Virus record (IMG/VR): IMGVR_UViG_2061766007_002077
Source of the DNA: an uncultured virus (IMG/VR IMGVR_UViG_2061766007_002077)
Taxonomy: Duplodnaviria > Heunggongvirae > Uroviricota > Caudoviricetes
Reading direction: 5' to 3' (one strand)
DNA length: 64,000 nucleotides
The translations under genes were made by a program, and so were the position numbers. Below, piece by piece: positions 46,420 to 56,007 of this stretch. The notes under the pieces were generated by a model, which ran no database searches, was not told the origin of the DNA, and worked only from the letters and a program-made list of their open reading frames with translations. Position 1 is the first letter of the stretch; each line of letters begins with the position of its first letter.

Positions 46420-46880
46420 ATGAGTCAAGAAATTTTCAGATACTATCATGATGGGCTGGAATATTTAGCTCACACAGACCCCTTTGATGAGTTCAAGAAG
46501 CCGAAAGGATATGAGGATTGTGATAGTCTATGGCTCTGTATAGGAATCTCCAATAAGTCCTGTAAGAAGAACATCGGTCCAATTAACAGAGAATGTGTGG
46601 GATATGACAACCGATTCAAGAGCGGTAATGTCAAAGATGGAATAAACATTTATTATGATATACTCTCTTTACTTAAAAAATGGGTGGATAAGAAGAAGCC
46701 TCCTTTCCTGACTGTCAGTCCCTATAAAGATAATAATGAAGAAAAACGTGGTAGAATCTATGACCGTGCCATGAACAAACTTGGTTATGAGATATATGAG
46801 GCCAATTATGATTATGAGCAGATTGTCCTTACATATATAANNNNNNNNNNNNNNNNNNNNNNNNNNNNNNNNNNNNNTAG
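46420..46880 (+). CDS. Hypothetical protein (end uncertain)
   Basis: ORF with upstream AT-rich -10-like element. Confidence 0.55.
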
Positions 46881-46899
46881 GAAGATAGTAGAATATCTA

Positions 46900-46928
46900 T
46901 TGACAATAATTATTTTTTATGTTATAGT
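46900..46928 (+). promoter_or_regulatory. Sigma70-type early promoter
   Basis: TTGACA-N17-TATAGT, then ATGTAAAGGAG. Confidence 0.7.
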
Positions 46929-46950
46929 GTGGATGTAAAGGAGAAAAGGT

Positions 46951-47149
46951 ATGACAACGAAACAGAAAAGGGAAATGACCGAGACTCTTGGATACCTCAA
47001 TGACATTATTGAGAACAACGTTTNNNNNNNNNNNNNNNNNNNNNNNNNNNNNNNNNNNNNNNNNNNNNNNNNNNNNNNNNNNNNNNNNNNNNNNNNNNNN
47101 NNNNNNNNNNNNNNNNNNNNNNGATGAAGACTTATCCAAAGGGTATTGA
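46951..47149 (+). CDS. Small hypothetical early protein
   Basis: MTTKQKREM...SKGY*; mostly masked. Confidence 0.45.
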
Positions 47150-47174
47150 CAAAAGAAAAATAATATTGTACATT
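47146..47174 (+). promoter_or_regulatory. Sigma70-type early promoter
   Basis: TTGACA-N17-TACATT, then GTGTAGAGGAG. Confidence 0.6.
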
Positions 47175-47198
47175 ATAAGTGTAGAGGAGATTTGAGGT

Positions 47199-47403
47199 AT
47201 GGCAAACGTTCCAAGATATTCCGTTTATTGTAAGCNNNNNNNNNNNNNNNNNNNNNNNNNNNNNNNNNNNNNNNNNNNNNNNNNNNNNNNNTGTGGATAA
47301 TATGAGAAAATCCTGGCACGGACAGAACGGCATTTATAACTGGATTAAGATTAAGGATACCAGTGTGAATAAATATATCTATGAATATAGGTATAATAAT
47401 TGA
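47199..47403 (+). CDS. Small hypothetical early protein
   Basis: GAGG RBS; MANVPRYSVYCK...YRYNN*. Confidence 0.45.
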
Positions 47404-47417
47404 GAGGAGACAGCATA

Positions 47418-48023
47418 ATGAAGAAGATCCTTGTTGTAGTTGATATGCAGAATGATTTCATCACCGGAAGTCTTGGTTCAGAGTATGCAAAGAATGTGGT
47501 TCTTCCCAATGTGGAGAAGAAGCTGATTCAACATGGTGACTATGTTATCTTCACCATGGACACCCACTTCGATAAGCCCAATGCTTATATTCCGTCTTAT
47601 AATGAATCACTGGAAGGACATAAGCTTCCTGTCAAGCATTGTGTTGTCGGAACAGAGGGATATGAGATTGCCCAGTCCCTCAAGAACTGGTATGCCTCTG
47701 TGGGTTGGAAGCATAAGAGCATTGTCCATAAGTACACCTTCGGAAGCTTTGATGAGCTCCCCAAGATTGTAAAGAAGTATCTTGAGGTTCATTCCAATAG
47801 GGGTGAGAAGGCAGTCTATGACAACATTGAGGATGCTGAGATTGAGATTGTAGGTCTCTGTACAGACATCTGTGTTGTGTCCAATGCTCTCATTCTCAGA
47901 GCAGCTTTTCCTAATGTCAGGATTGTCTGTGATGCAAGTTGTTGTGGAGGAACTTCAAAAGAGGCTCATGACGCAGCACTTGCAGTCATGAGAAGTTGTC
48001 AGATTGATGTTATAGGAGATTGA
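47418..48023 (+). CDS. pncA: Nicotinamidase/isochorismatase-family cysteine hydrolase
   Basis: VVDMQNDF, DTH, HC, K.TFGS and GLCTDICV catalytic motifs. Confidence 0.85.
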   Translation: MKKILVVVDMQNDFITGSLGSEYAKNVVLPNVEKKLIQHGDYVIFTMDTHFDKPNAYIPSYNESLEGHKLPVKHCVVGTEGYEIAQSLKNWYASVGWKHKSIVHKYTFGSFDELPKIVKKYLEVHSNRGEKAVYDNIEDAEIEIVGLCTDICVVSNALILRAAFPNVRIVCDASCCGGTSKEAHDAALAVMRSCQIDVIGD

Positions 48024-48027
48024 TTAT

Positions 48028-48282
48028 ATGTCTGGATTTAAGAGTGAGAAAGAAGTGAAGACCATCCAGGAGCTGTATGATTGGGCCAAGTCAAAAGGCT
48101 TGGAGAACGCACCTTTTGGTCTGATTTATCAGGATGAGGAGAATTGGGGGGATGAGGATACCTTCGCCTGGGAGAGGTGGTGTCTCAACTATTCTGCTGA
48201 GGTGGAGGTCAGGCAAAAGGATTACTTTGACAGACTTCATGACAAGTCAAAAAAGACCATTGAGTATATTTGTTTGAGATAG
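48028..48282 (+). CDS. Hypothetical protein
   Basis: AGGAG RBS; operon gene. Confidence 0.6.
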   Translation: MSGFKSEKEVKTIQELYDWAKSKGLENAPFGLIYQDEENWGDEDTFAWERWCLNYSAEVEVRQKDYFDRLHDKSKKTIEYICLR

Positions 48283-48292
48283 GAGGCCTATA

Positions 48293-48553
48293 ATGTATTT
48301 TATCGGATTCGGTGTTATTTTGGCAATGTATATTCCGTCAATGATACTTGCCTATCATTACAATGATGAGTTCCTTGTCAAGGTATTGAATAAGATTTAT
48401 TGGATGCTTCTAGGAACGTGGAGTGTGATTCTTGGAGTTTTCTTACTGGAAGGTGAGACTAACAAGTATTCCTATACGATTTTAGGACTTATATGGTTCT
48501 GGGTAGGGTTTATTTCTCTGCTGGTGAATTATTGTAAGAAGGGGAAGAAATGA
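48293..48553 (+). CDS. Small membrane protein (3 predicted TM helices)
   Basis: AGGAGG RBS; three hydrophobic segments. Confidence 0.6.
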   Translation: MYFIGFGVILAMYIPSMILAYHYNDEFLVKVLNKIYWMLLGTWSVILGVFLLEGETNKYSYTILGLIWFWVGFISLLVNYCKKGKK

Positions 48554-48780
48554 TTAGGGAAGGTGATAAGGTAAGGATTATAGGTAATCCGATGAAATCA
48601 AATCATCCCTTTTATAAGGATTATGAGGGTATGATTGGGAAGGAAGGTATCGTCCTTTCAAGGAAATCTGACCCATATACTTATCCTGATATTATGGTGA
48701 GGATTGATGATGCAGATTCAAGGAAGGAGTATGGGTTCTATTTNNNNNNNNNNNNNNNNNNNNNNNNNNNNNNNNNNNNA
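48550..48780 (+). CDS. KOW/SH3-like small protein (end lies in the N-run)
   Basis: IREGDKVRII...IGKEGIV motif. Confidence 0.45.
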
Positions 48781-49105
48781 ATGAAAAGAAGATTACCAGT
48801 TACATTATTTATGGATTCAAGAAAAGTGATTTTTCTTTGAACGATTATACACAATTCTCTGATTACATACCCTGGAATTATTTCCATTATATAAATAATG
48901 NNNNNNNNNNNNNNNNNNNNNNNNNNNNNNNNNNNNNNNNNNNNNNNNGATTATGAGGACAAGGTGGATGTCAAGTTTGATACCCTTGCCTATCTCCGTA
49001 GAATGTTTCAGGAATCCATCATGAAGGCCTCCGGGGTATATCTTCCAGATGGTATTTTCCGTGTAATCCATATGACCATTGAGGAATCCATATAAGGAGA
49101 AGTAT

Positions 49106-49561
49106 ATGAAGTTCAGAAACGGTTTTGTATCCAATTCAAGTTCAAGCTCATTCATTCTGAGAAACCTGCCAGAATCAGTAAAGACATGGGAAGATGTCTA
49201 TGACTTCTATGGAATGTCAGAAGGAAGTGACGGAAAGTGGAAGCAGGACCCTGAGACCATTGAGTTCTGCAAGATGATTCTGAGGGATTGGGAACACAGG
49301 AATGACGAGGACTATGACGATATGTATGGTGGGTTCATTCCAGAGTATTTCAAGGACAACCCCAATGGGCTTGAGGAATTCCTGCATTACTATGATTTCT
49401 GCTTCAAGAACGGATATTATAGGGATGAACTTGACAAGGTGATTGCTCATCCCGAGAATTACTGGGAGACCAGTGTGGATGATACCTATTTGGGTGGTCC
49501 AGGTTGTGCCTATATGGGTTCATATATCACAAAGAACGGAATTGAGATAAATTGTCATTGA
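49106..49561 (+). CDS. GFVSNSSS-leader family protein 1
   Basis: AAGGAG RBS; starts MKFRNGFVSNSSSSSF. Confidence 0.75.
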   Translation: MKFRNGFVSNSSSSSFILRNLPESVKTWEDVYDFYGMSEGSDGKWKQDPETIEFCKMILRDWEHRNDEDYDDMYGGFIPEYFKDNPNGLEEFLHYYDFCFKNGYYRDELDKVIAHPENYWETSVDDTYLGGPGCAYMGSYITKNGIEINCH

Positions 49562-49571
49562 GGAGGCAGTT

Positions 49572-49952
49572 ATGACACATAAGATTATAGACAATCAGTT
49601 TTTAAGGGATTTTGCTGAGAAGTTCAGTAAAGATGAGGCAGACAGAGAGAACATACAGAAATGTGATGAGTTCTATGTAGATTACTATGATGGTGTAGGT
49701 GCTCTGTATTTCAAAGGCTTCTATGGAGATAATTGGGAATATCATTTCAGCATCGGAAACAATGGCAATATCTTTGAATGTGAGGATTACAGATTCCTTT
49801 GGGACAATCTTATTTCAAAGAATGAGGATTTCATTGAGTGGCTTAAGGACCATAGACTGACAGAGGAAGACCTTATGTCAATAAGCGGTGAGATTTATGA
49901 TAATGGAGCAGATTTCCATACAGACTTCTCGTTCTATGGTAAGGAAGATTGA
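49572..49952 (+). CDS. Acidic hypothetical protein
   Basis: GAGGAGG RBS. Confidence 0.65.
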   Translation: MTHKIIDNQFLRDFAEKFSKDEADRENIQKCDEFYVDYYDGVGALYFKGFYGDNWEYHFSIGNNGNIFECEDYRFLWDNLISKNEDFIEWLKDHRLTEEDLMSISGEIYDNGADFHTDFSFYGKED

Positions 49953-50151
49953 ATGATTTCAAAAGAGACTTTCAATCAGATTATAGAGAACGGACCTAAT
50001 GATGTCTTTATTGACAATGCTGGTATCATTTGGGAGNNNNNNNNNNNNNNNNNNNNNNNNNNNNNNNAAATTCTGGGTCATAGAAGGAAAGAAATACCCT
50101 TATACAGAAGATTATCAGAGTCTTGTCAAAGAGATAGAGGAGAAAAGATAA
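49953..50151 (+). CDS. Small hypothetical protein
   Basis: After the N-run it reads ...KEIEEKR* with TAA overlapping the next ATG. Confidence 0.5.
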
Positions 50152-50408
50152 TGAAGATTAGAAAAGGATTTGTATCTAATTCTTCATCATCTTCTTTTGT
50201 AATTACAGAAGAGAAACTGGAAGATTTAAAGAGTCTTAAAGATGCCATTGAGTGCTTCTTTGAGGACTATGATAATGACAGCAGTGAGTATTTCTGGTTC
50301 ACGGAACATAGTGATGGAACAAAGGAAATTGAGCTTACTACTGAAACAGACAATAGAGGGGAAAGATTACTTTATGAAGTCTTTTCTACTCTAAGTTGGA
50401 GAGATTAA
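50151..50408 (+). CDS. GFVSNSSS-leader family protein 2
   Basis: GAGGAG RBS; starts MKIRKGFVSNSSSSSF. Confidence 0.75.
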   Translation: MKIRKGFVSNSSSSSFVITEEKLEDLKSLKDAIECFFEDYDNDSSEYFWFTEHSDGTKEIELTTETDNRGERLLYEVFSTLSWRD

Positions 50409-51437
50409 ATGAAAATCAGGAATGGGTTTGTAAGCAATTCATCATCTTCAAGTTTTATTTTATTCAAGGAATATCTTACTCCTGAGCAGATTAAACAGAT
50501 AAGGAACTGGAAGGATTTCTGTCTGTCAGATGAATACAAGGAGATGCTTGATAAATATGAGGGGAATCTTTATCCTCATGAGACTGAGAACTTTGTCTAT
50601 GATAAAGACTCAGATGAGATGGTCTCAGTCCATGTGGAGCCTTTTGATGAAGGGGACTATGCCTATTATCCAACGGGGTGGGAAGTCAAGGAAGGCCCCA
50701 ATGTCTTTGACTTCTATACGGACATGGACAACTTCGATATGGAGCAGTTCCTCAAGGTAATTGGAGTTGATATTGATAAGTGTGGTATTTGGGAAAGTTA
50801 TTCTGGAAGTTATAGGAGTACTTTGGGTCTGAACGATGCAAGAACTGATTTACAGAATTATGCAAATGACAAGTACTTCATGGATGATTATGATAACAAT
50901 TACTATTATACCAGTAAATTGTATAAAGAGAAGATATATCCTGCTTTAAAAGAGTGGTATGATAAACAGCCCGATAATGAATTCAAGGGGTGGCCACCTC
51001 ATCCACCAGTAGAACCTAAGAAGTGGATTTGTGAGGATGCTGGCAAGGCACTAAGGGAAGTCAAGCACAATATCGAGGAACTGGCAAAAAAGAATGGTTG
51101 TTATTTCCTTGAAACAATGGCTAATGGGGAATACTATAATGAGAAGTGTAAGCTGTATGCTGAGGTTCTTGATACCATTAGAGAGGTAGAAGATAACTGG
51201 CAGGCAGTTGATGAGTTTGAAGAACCACAGGTCTATACTGCACCTTTTGACCTTGAAAGATGGAACAAGAAGAAAGAGGACGATAGCCAGAGAGTAGTAG
51301 CTGCTTTAGAGGGTGAAGGTAATTACAATGNNNNNNNNNNNNNNNNNNNNNNNNNNNNNNNNNNNNNNNNNNNNNNNNNNNNNNNNNNNNNNNNNNNNNN
51401 NNNNNNNNNNNNNNNGATTATCAATTTTGATGAATGA
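50409..51437 (+). CDS. GFVSNSSS-leader family protein 3
   Basis: Starts MKIRNGFVSNSSSSSF; end passes through an N-run. Confidence 0.75.
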   Translation: MKIRNGFVSNSSSSSFILFKEYLTPEQIKQIRNWKDFCLSDEYKEMLDKYEGNLYPHETENFVYDKDSDEMVSVHVEPFDEGDYAYYPTGWEVKEGPNVFDFYTDMDNFDMEQFLKVIGVDIDKCGIWESYSGSYRSTLGLNDARTDLQNYANDKYFMDDYDNNYYYTSKLYKEKIYPALKEWYDKQPDNEFKGWPPHPPVEPKKWICEDAGKALREVKHNIEELAKKNGCYFLETMANGEYYNEKCKLYAEVLDTIREVEDNWQAVDEFEEPQVYTAPFDLERWNKKKEDDSQRVVAALEGEGNYNXXXXXXXXXXXXXXXXXXXXXXXXXXXXXIINFDE

Positions 51438-51479
51438 TAAAGGCTTAGATTTGACTAATTTCCTGTTAGGTGGCGTATT

Positions 51480-52236
51480 ATGTTTGATGAATACAATTTG
51501 GAAGAATCCATAAATGACAAGAACTTGCTCAAAGCAGTCTTTATGGCAGGNNNNNNNNNNNNNNNNNNNNNNNNNNNNNNNNNNNNNNNNNNNNNTCGGA
51601 AAGGACAAGATATCCTTTTCGGGTGCAATGTTGGTCAATACTGATATTTTCTTTGAATTGGGATTGAGGAAGGCTGATTTGCCTATGGTGGTTAATCCAG
51701 ATAACAGAAGCATATACGCCAGACAGATGGAAATCAGAGATAAAGCCACTAATCTGACAAAGACCAAGCAGGGATTTTGGATTAACTCAATGCTTCCTCT
51801 TGTCATAGATGGAACAGGTAAGGACTTTGAGAAAATCAGAAATCAGTCAGATGTCCTTAGGTCTTTCGGTTACGATACCTATATGGTGTTTGTCAACACT
51901 TCTCTTGATACTGCACAGAAAAGGAACTCTGAAAGGGAAAGAAGTTTAAGTCCGAATATGATTGAGCAGATGTGGAATATGGTTCAGTTCAATATCGGTA
52001 AGTTCCAGGAGTATTTTACTCCATCTAACTTCTGGATTATAGACAACAATGAGACTTATGAGCCTGGTGCTGAGGATACTTTGGAGTTTGAGAGAAATCT
52101 CTATAAGATTGGAAGAACTATTCTGACTTCTCCTTTGAAGAACAGAATAGGTCAGGCCANNNNNNNNNNNNNNNNNNNNNNNNNNNNNNNNNNNNNNNNN
52201 NNNNNNNCTGGAGAAGAGGGAGAAGAAAAAGCTTGA
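51480..52236 (+). CDS. Zeta-toxin/AAA_33-like P-loop kinase
   Basis: MFDEYNLEESINDKNLLKAVFMAG[masked P-loop]; VNTD, IDGTG and GYDTYMVFVNTSLDTAQKRN.ER.R motifs. Confidence 0.65.
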
Positions 52237-52279
52237 CAAGCAGAAAAGAATAAGATAAATAAAAATAAGATAAATATAT

Positions 52280-52318
52280 AATCACCCTATTGACAATGGG
52301 GTGATTTTATTTTATAAT
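52280..52318 (+). promoter_or_regulatory. Hairpin overlapping a consensus sigma70 promoter
   Basis: AATCACCCTATTG/AATGGGGTGATT inverted repeat containing TTGACA (52290); TATAAT 17 nt downstream. Confidence 0.7.
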
Positions 52319-52352
52319 ATAGATGTATCAAAAAAGTAGGGAAGGTAGTTAT

Positions 52353-52655
52353 ATGACAGTTAAAGAGCTAATCGAGAGACTTAACGATTTCAATTCTAAT
52401 GATGAAGTAAAGATATTCAATGGAATGTCTGTTGAATACAGCGATGTCGGAGTAGGTGATGCTCCTAATGTTGTGTTCATCGGTTGTGGTATCAAGGGTC
52501 TTGATGAAATCATTAATGAACTCAATGATAATATTTATGACCTTGATAGTGCTCTTGACGATTTGGAAGATGATGGGGCTGACACTATCGAAGCTGAAAG
52601 CGCTCTTGATTCCATCAGACTCTCCGTCAGCGATTTAGAAGATTTGGAATATTAA
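52353..52655 (+). CDS. Highly acidic protein, paralog-like to 57261..57623
   Basis: MTVKELIERL start; D/E-rich coiled-coil C-terminus. Confidence 0.6.
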   Translation: MTVKELIERLNDFNSNDEVKIFNGMSVEYSDVGVGDAPNVVFIGCGIKGLDEIINELNDNIYDLDSALDDLEDDGADTIEAESALDSIRLSVSDLEDLEY

Positions 52656-52659
52656 AGAT

Positions 52660-52986
52660 ATGTTGATTGGAGCTAAAGCAGTAAAAGGAACATTCTTTGA
52701 GGTAAAGCCTTATAATGCTCTTCCTTGTGAAGCAAGGGTCTTTACCATAAATGGTAAAGATGCTGACTTGTATGACTTTGGTGATTATGAACATGGTGAC
52801 TATGACGAGTGTGACGATGAAGACATCTGTCGCTGGGGTTGTTTTGAAAAGTACTTTGTGACACTTCCTTATTCTGAGAATGAAAAGGCTGCTAAGAAGT
52901 ACAATCTGACAGAAGCAGACTATAATGAAGTTACATCTGAACTTGAAGATGTGTTCGCCATAGGCACTTGCGGGTGGTGTGTATGA
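52660..52986 (+). CDS. Cys-containing hypothetical protein, paralog of 35740..36036
   Basis: LPCE..FTING..AD..DFG...AKKY.L...Y..V...LED....G.C.WC. Confidence 0.65.
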   Translation: MLIGAKAVKGTFFEVKPYNALPCEARVFTINGKDADLYDFGDYEHGDYDECDDEDICRWGCFEKYFVTLPYSENEKAAKKYNLTEADYNEVTSELEDVFAIGTCGWCV

Positions 52987-53561
52987 CAAGAAGATTACCG
53001 AAGTTATTAAGTAAGATATTCACAAAGTTGTTTGCCAATGAGAAACAGCCTTATCTTACCGAGATAGGTATTGATAGCTGGCCTGGCAACCATTGGGGTG
53101 GGGTTGATTTCTTTGGTTCTATCAGTTCAGCCATAAGAGCTAAGAGAAAGAAAAGAAAGTATGGTGTTGACCCCAGAAACGCTTGGGAACTTGATGATGC
53201 TTTCTACAGATGGTTGNNNNNNNNNNNNNNNNNNNNNNNNNNNNNNCTCAAAGACACAAATGCTGATTTGTCTTGTAGGAAGTTTAAGCATAACGGACAG
53301 ACTTACACAGAGGAAGAATATATAAGATACCTGCAGAAACTCTGTGTGGAAATGATGACTTTTGATGAGTTTGCTGGTTGTCCTGACCTTGAATATCATA
53401 CGGAGAAGGTTGAAGGTGGAAGCACACTTGTCTGTGATAGTTCAAAGGAAGACCAGGAATTACTGCTTAGAAAGCATGAGGAGAACTTCAAGAAGAACGA
53501 AGATTTAAGAAAAGAATTATGTGATGTGTTCTGTGAATTACTGCCTTATCTCTGGTGGTAG
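52983..53561 (+). CDS. Hypothetical protein
   Basis: Operon gene ending LPYLWW; terminator follows. Confidence 0.65.
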   Translation: MTRRLPKLLSKIFTKLFANEKQPYLTEIGIDSWPGNHWGGVDFFGSISSAIRAKRKKRKYGVDPRNAWELDDAFYRWLXXXXXXXXXXLKDTNADLSCRKFKHNGQTYTEEEYIRYLQKLCVEMMTFDEFAGCPDLEYHTEKVEGGSTLVCDSSKEDQELLLRKHEENFKKNEDLRKELCDVFCELLPYLWW

Positions 53562-53580
53562 ATTATATGCATATTGTTTT

Positions 53581-53612
53581 AAAGCCCTCTCGCAAGAGAG
53601 GGTTTTTCTTTT
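53581..53612 (+). terminator. Rho-independent terminator
   Basis: AAGCCCTCTC-GCAA-GAGAGGGTTT plus a T-run. Confidence 0.75.
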
Positions 53613-53639
53613 ATATTATAGGTATAAAGGTTTAAGGAT

Positions 53640-53912
53640 ATGAAAACAAAACAAGTGTATGAACTAGCAAAGCTATTTGAGGGGAAGGTTGATACTCCTA
53701 TTACATATGCGTATATTCTTTCATATTTACAAGATAAAGCAAGAAAAGGAAAGAAGACCATTGATGGAAGGGCTCTTTATAAGTATAATCCGTCCTTAAA
53801 GACAACTTATAAGGTGATATTGAGGAACTTACAGACAATGGGATTCATTAAGGTTCTTAGATTGCCTGAATTGGAATATAGAGTTTATTTTGAATTGAAT
53901 GAAGGAATATGA
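53640..53912 (+). CDS. Small basic protein, possible winged-helix DNA binder
   Basis: AAGGA RBS; KTTYKVILRNLQTMGFIKV wHTH-like segment. Confidence 0.45.
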   Translation: MKTKQVYELAKLFEGKVDTPITYAYILSYLQDKARKGKKTIDGRALYKYNPSLKTTYKVILRNLQTMGFIKVLRLPELEYRVYFELNEGI

Positions 53913-54147
53913 TAGTATGCTTGATAGTATGGATATAACATTTTGCAGAGGTATGGCTGAGCAGGAGATAAACGGGAACAAGGTTTCCGTGATATGTCCG
54001 GTAAGGGATAACTGTCATAGGTTCTGGACAGAGGAACACTCAAAGGAAGCATTAAGAACAGGTGACATATACCATTCATTCTTTGTTATGGATAATGTAG
54101 ATTATATTAAAGAAGATGGTTGTGAGAATTTTTGGAGAGAAAGATAA
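53909..54147 (+). CDS. Small Cys-containing hypothetical protein
   Basis: DITFC...CPVRDNCHRF...CENFW motif; start uncertain. Confidence 0.5.
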
Positions 54148-54791
54148 TGAGCTTTTTTAAGAGGAAGAATAAGGAAGTGAAAATGGCTTTGGGACAGGAT
54201 AATCTCAAACCTATTGGTGGGATTATCTATTATATAAACAATGCTTCAGATGGAAAGTATAAGCTCTATGACAAGAACAAGATAGAGATACAGGACCCAT
54301 CAAAGGCAGCTTATTATGAGATAATTAAGCAGGGTTCAATACCCAAGTATTATGTGGTTGATATAAAGACAGGTCTCACTGGACCTTACAGATGGTGTCA
54401 TATGGACCAGGACCTTGGAATCAAGGGAACAAGCATTGGTGATGGCAAACACAATACCCAGGTTGCTCTGAATACACCTGATTCAAGTGTATATAAAGAC
54501 CATAATCTTTGGGATGAAGTTCTCAGACATAATGCAGATGCTGTCGGGGGACAGGCTGATTGGTTCATCGGTTCAAAAGATGAGATAGAAGCGCTGATTA
54601 AGTCGGGTCTGGTGGATAAGTGGTTTGAGAAGAAAAAGAAGAAGAGAGACTACATCCTGATTTGGTCTTCTTCTGAGAGAAATCACCCCAACACTGTATG
54701 GTATTGGGATGAAAAGCTGACAGATAGGAACCACTGGTATAGACAGATAAAGGATTGGGGTTGTAGTGCCTGCTTCATAAGGTCATTCTGA
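54147..54791 (+). CDS. DUF1566/Lcl-like C-type-lectin-fold protein
   Basis: GGIIYY, G..NT, GGQADWFIGSKDE...L, WSSSE and C-terminal ACFIRSF motifs. Confidence 0.55.
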   Translation: MSFFKRKNKEVKMALGQDNLKPIGGIIYYINNASDGKYKLYDKNKIEIQDPSKAAYYEIIKQGSIPKYYVVDIKTGLTGPYRWCHMDQDLGIKGTSIGDGKHNTQVALNTPDSSVYKDHNLWDEVLRHNADAVGGQADWFIGSKDEIEALIKSGLVDKWFEKKKKKRDYILIWSSSERNHPNTVWYWDEKLTDRNHWYRQIKDWGCSACFIRSF

Positions 54792-54815
54792 TATGAAGAT
54801 AAGAAATGAGGATAA

Positions 54816-55163
54816 ATGATGAGCACGAAGGAACAGATACTTAGCAACATGAAAGTTCTCGCCAACAGATTAGCCCCACTTATTAGCTTCAGATATCTCG
54901 TACTTGAATGGGATGTCAGAGATAAGACCAAAGTAATTAAGATTTATAAGGATGAACCCAGATTTATTAAATTCCATGCTTTCTTTTACGGATTTGGTAG
55001 CAAGTGGGAAGGAAGGGAATACCCCGCTCAAGATAATAGCCTTATAATTCAAGCTCCAGTCTGTACTATTCAAGTGAGCGACCTTGTAGGTATCTCTTTC
55101 GATGGGTTGTCAGGAGAGGATGATTATTCTGAGTTTATTGTAATTAATGGAAATGAAGAATAA
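54816..55163 (+). CDS. Hypothetical protein
   Basis: GAGGA RBS. Confidence 0.6.
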   Translation: MMSTKEQILSNMKVLANRLAPLISFRYLVLEWDVRDKTKVIKIYKDEPRFIKFHAFFYGFGSKWEGREYPAQDNSLIIQAPVCTIQVSDLVGISFDGLSGEDDYSEFIVINGNEE

Positions 55164-55165
55164 AA

Positions 55166-55813
55166 ATGAAGATAAGAAACGGTTTTGTAAGCAATTCAAG
55201 TTCAGCATCATTTGTCTTGGCTTTCCCCAAGGACAATCCTGTTGAATTGAAGGACATTGAGGATTACTTCGGTGGGTTCTGTATGGTCAATGGGTATAAT
55301 GAGGAATTAGGCCCTGAGTATAAAGATATGTTTGTCTTTGAGTTGTGGAGGTCACAGTACTTCAATGGTGATGGAGACAGAAGGACAGAAAACAGATACC
55401 TCTTCCGTGATGATGATGGAAAGGTTCTTCCTGTTGAGTACACCCATTATCAATGTGATGCTGAATGGAAATACACAAAAGAAAATTTCTGTGGGTTCAA
55501 TGGTGCTGACACTACTGAAGATGATGATATAGAGATACCACCGAGGGCTTGTAAAAAGTGTCCGCATCTTCATAGTGAAAAAAGAATCCAGCGTGATGAT
55601 GATTATTACTATGTCCTTGAAAACAACAAATGGAACGATGATTTGAAGGCTTGGCTTGAGGAACATAAGGGAGACAGAATCATTGAGTTGGAGATTGATG
55701 ATAATGAGCCTCCCAGAGAGTTGCCCTATGAGGTTGCCAGTGAGATTACAAGTTCAGCATATCATATATTCCAGAAGTATAAGGACAAGGCTTATTGCTT
55801 AGGAGGCAAGTGA
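55166..55813 (+). CDS. GFVSNSSS-leader family protein 4
   Basis: Starts MKIRNGFVSNSSSASF; internal C..C / CxxC. Confidence 0.75.
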   Translation: MKIRNGFVSNSSSASFVLAFPKDNPVELKDIEDYFGGFCMVNGYNEELGPEYKDMFVFELWRSQYFNGDGDRRTENRYLFRDDDGKVLPVEYTHYQCDAEWKYTKENFCGFNGADTTEDDDIEIPPRACKKCPHLHSEKRIQRDDDYYYVLENNKWNDDLKAWLEEHKGDRIIELEIDDNEPPRELPYEVASEITSSAYHIFQKYKDKAYCLGGK

Positions 55814-56007
55814 TGGATAAAGAGAAATTGAAGAAGTTCATTTCAGAGGAGCTTCTCAAGAGAACCAATGGGAATGGCAGAGTTCCTCTCATTGACCATT
55901 TCGGAATAAGCGGGTATATGTGTGAGCCTGAGAGGATTGAGAGACTCATCTTTCCTATCATAGACAAGGCTTATGACAGTCAGAGGATAGAGACAGATGA
56001 GTGTTGA
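55813..56007 (+). CDS. Small hypothetical protein
   Basis: GGAGG RBS; overlaps its neighbours. Confidence 0.5.
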   Translation: MDKEKLKKFISEELLKRTNGNGRVPLIDHFGISGYMCEPERIERLIFPIIDKAYDSQRIETDEC

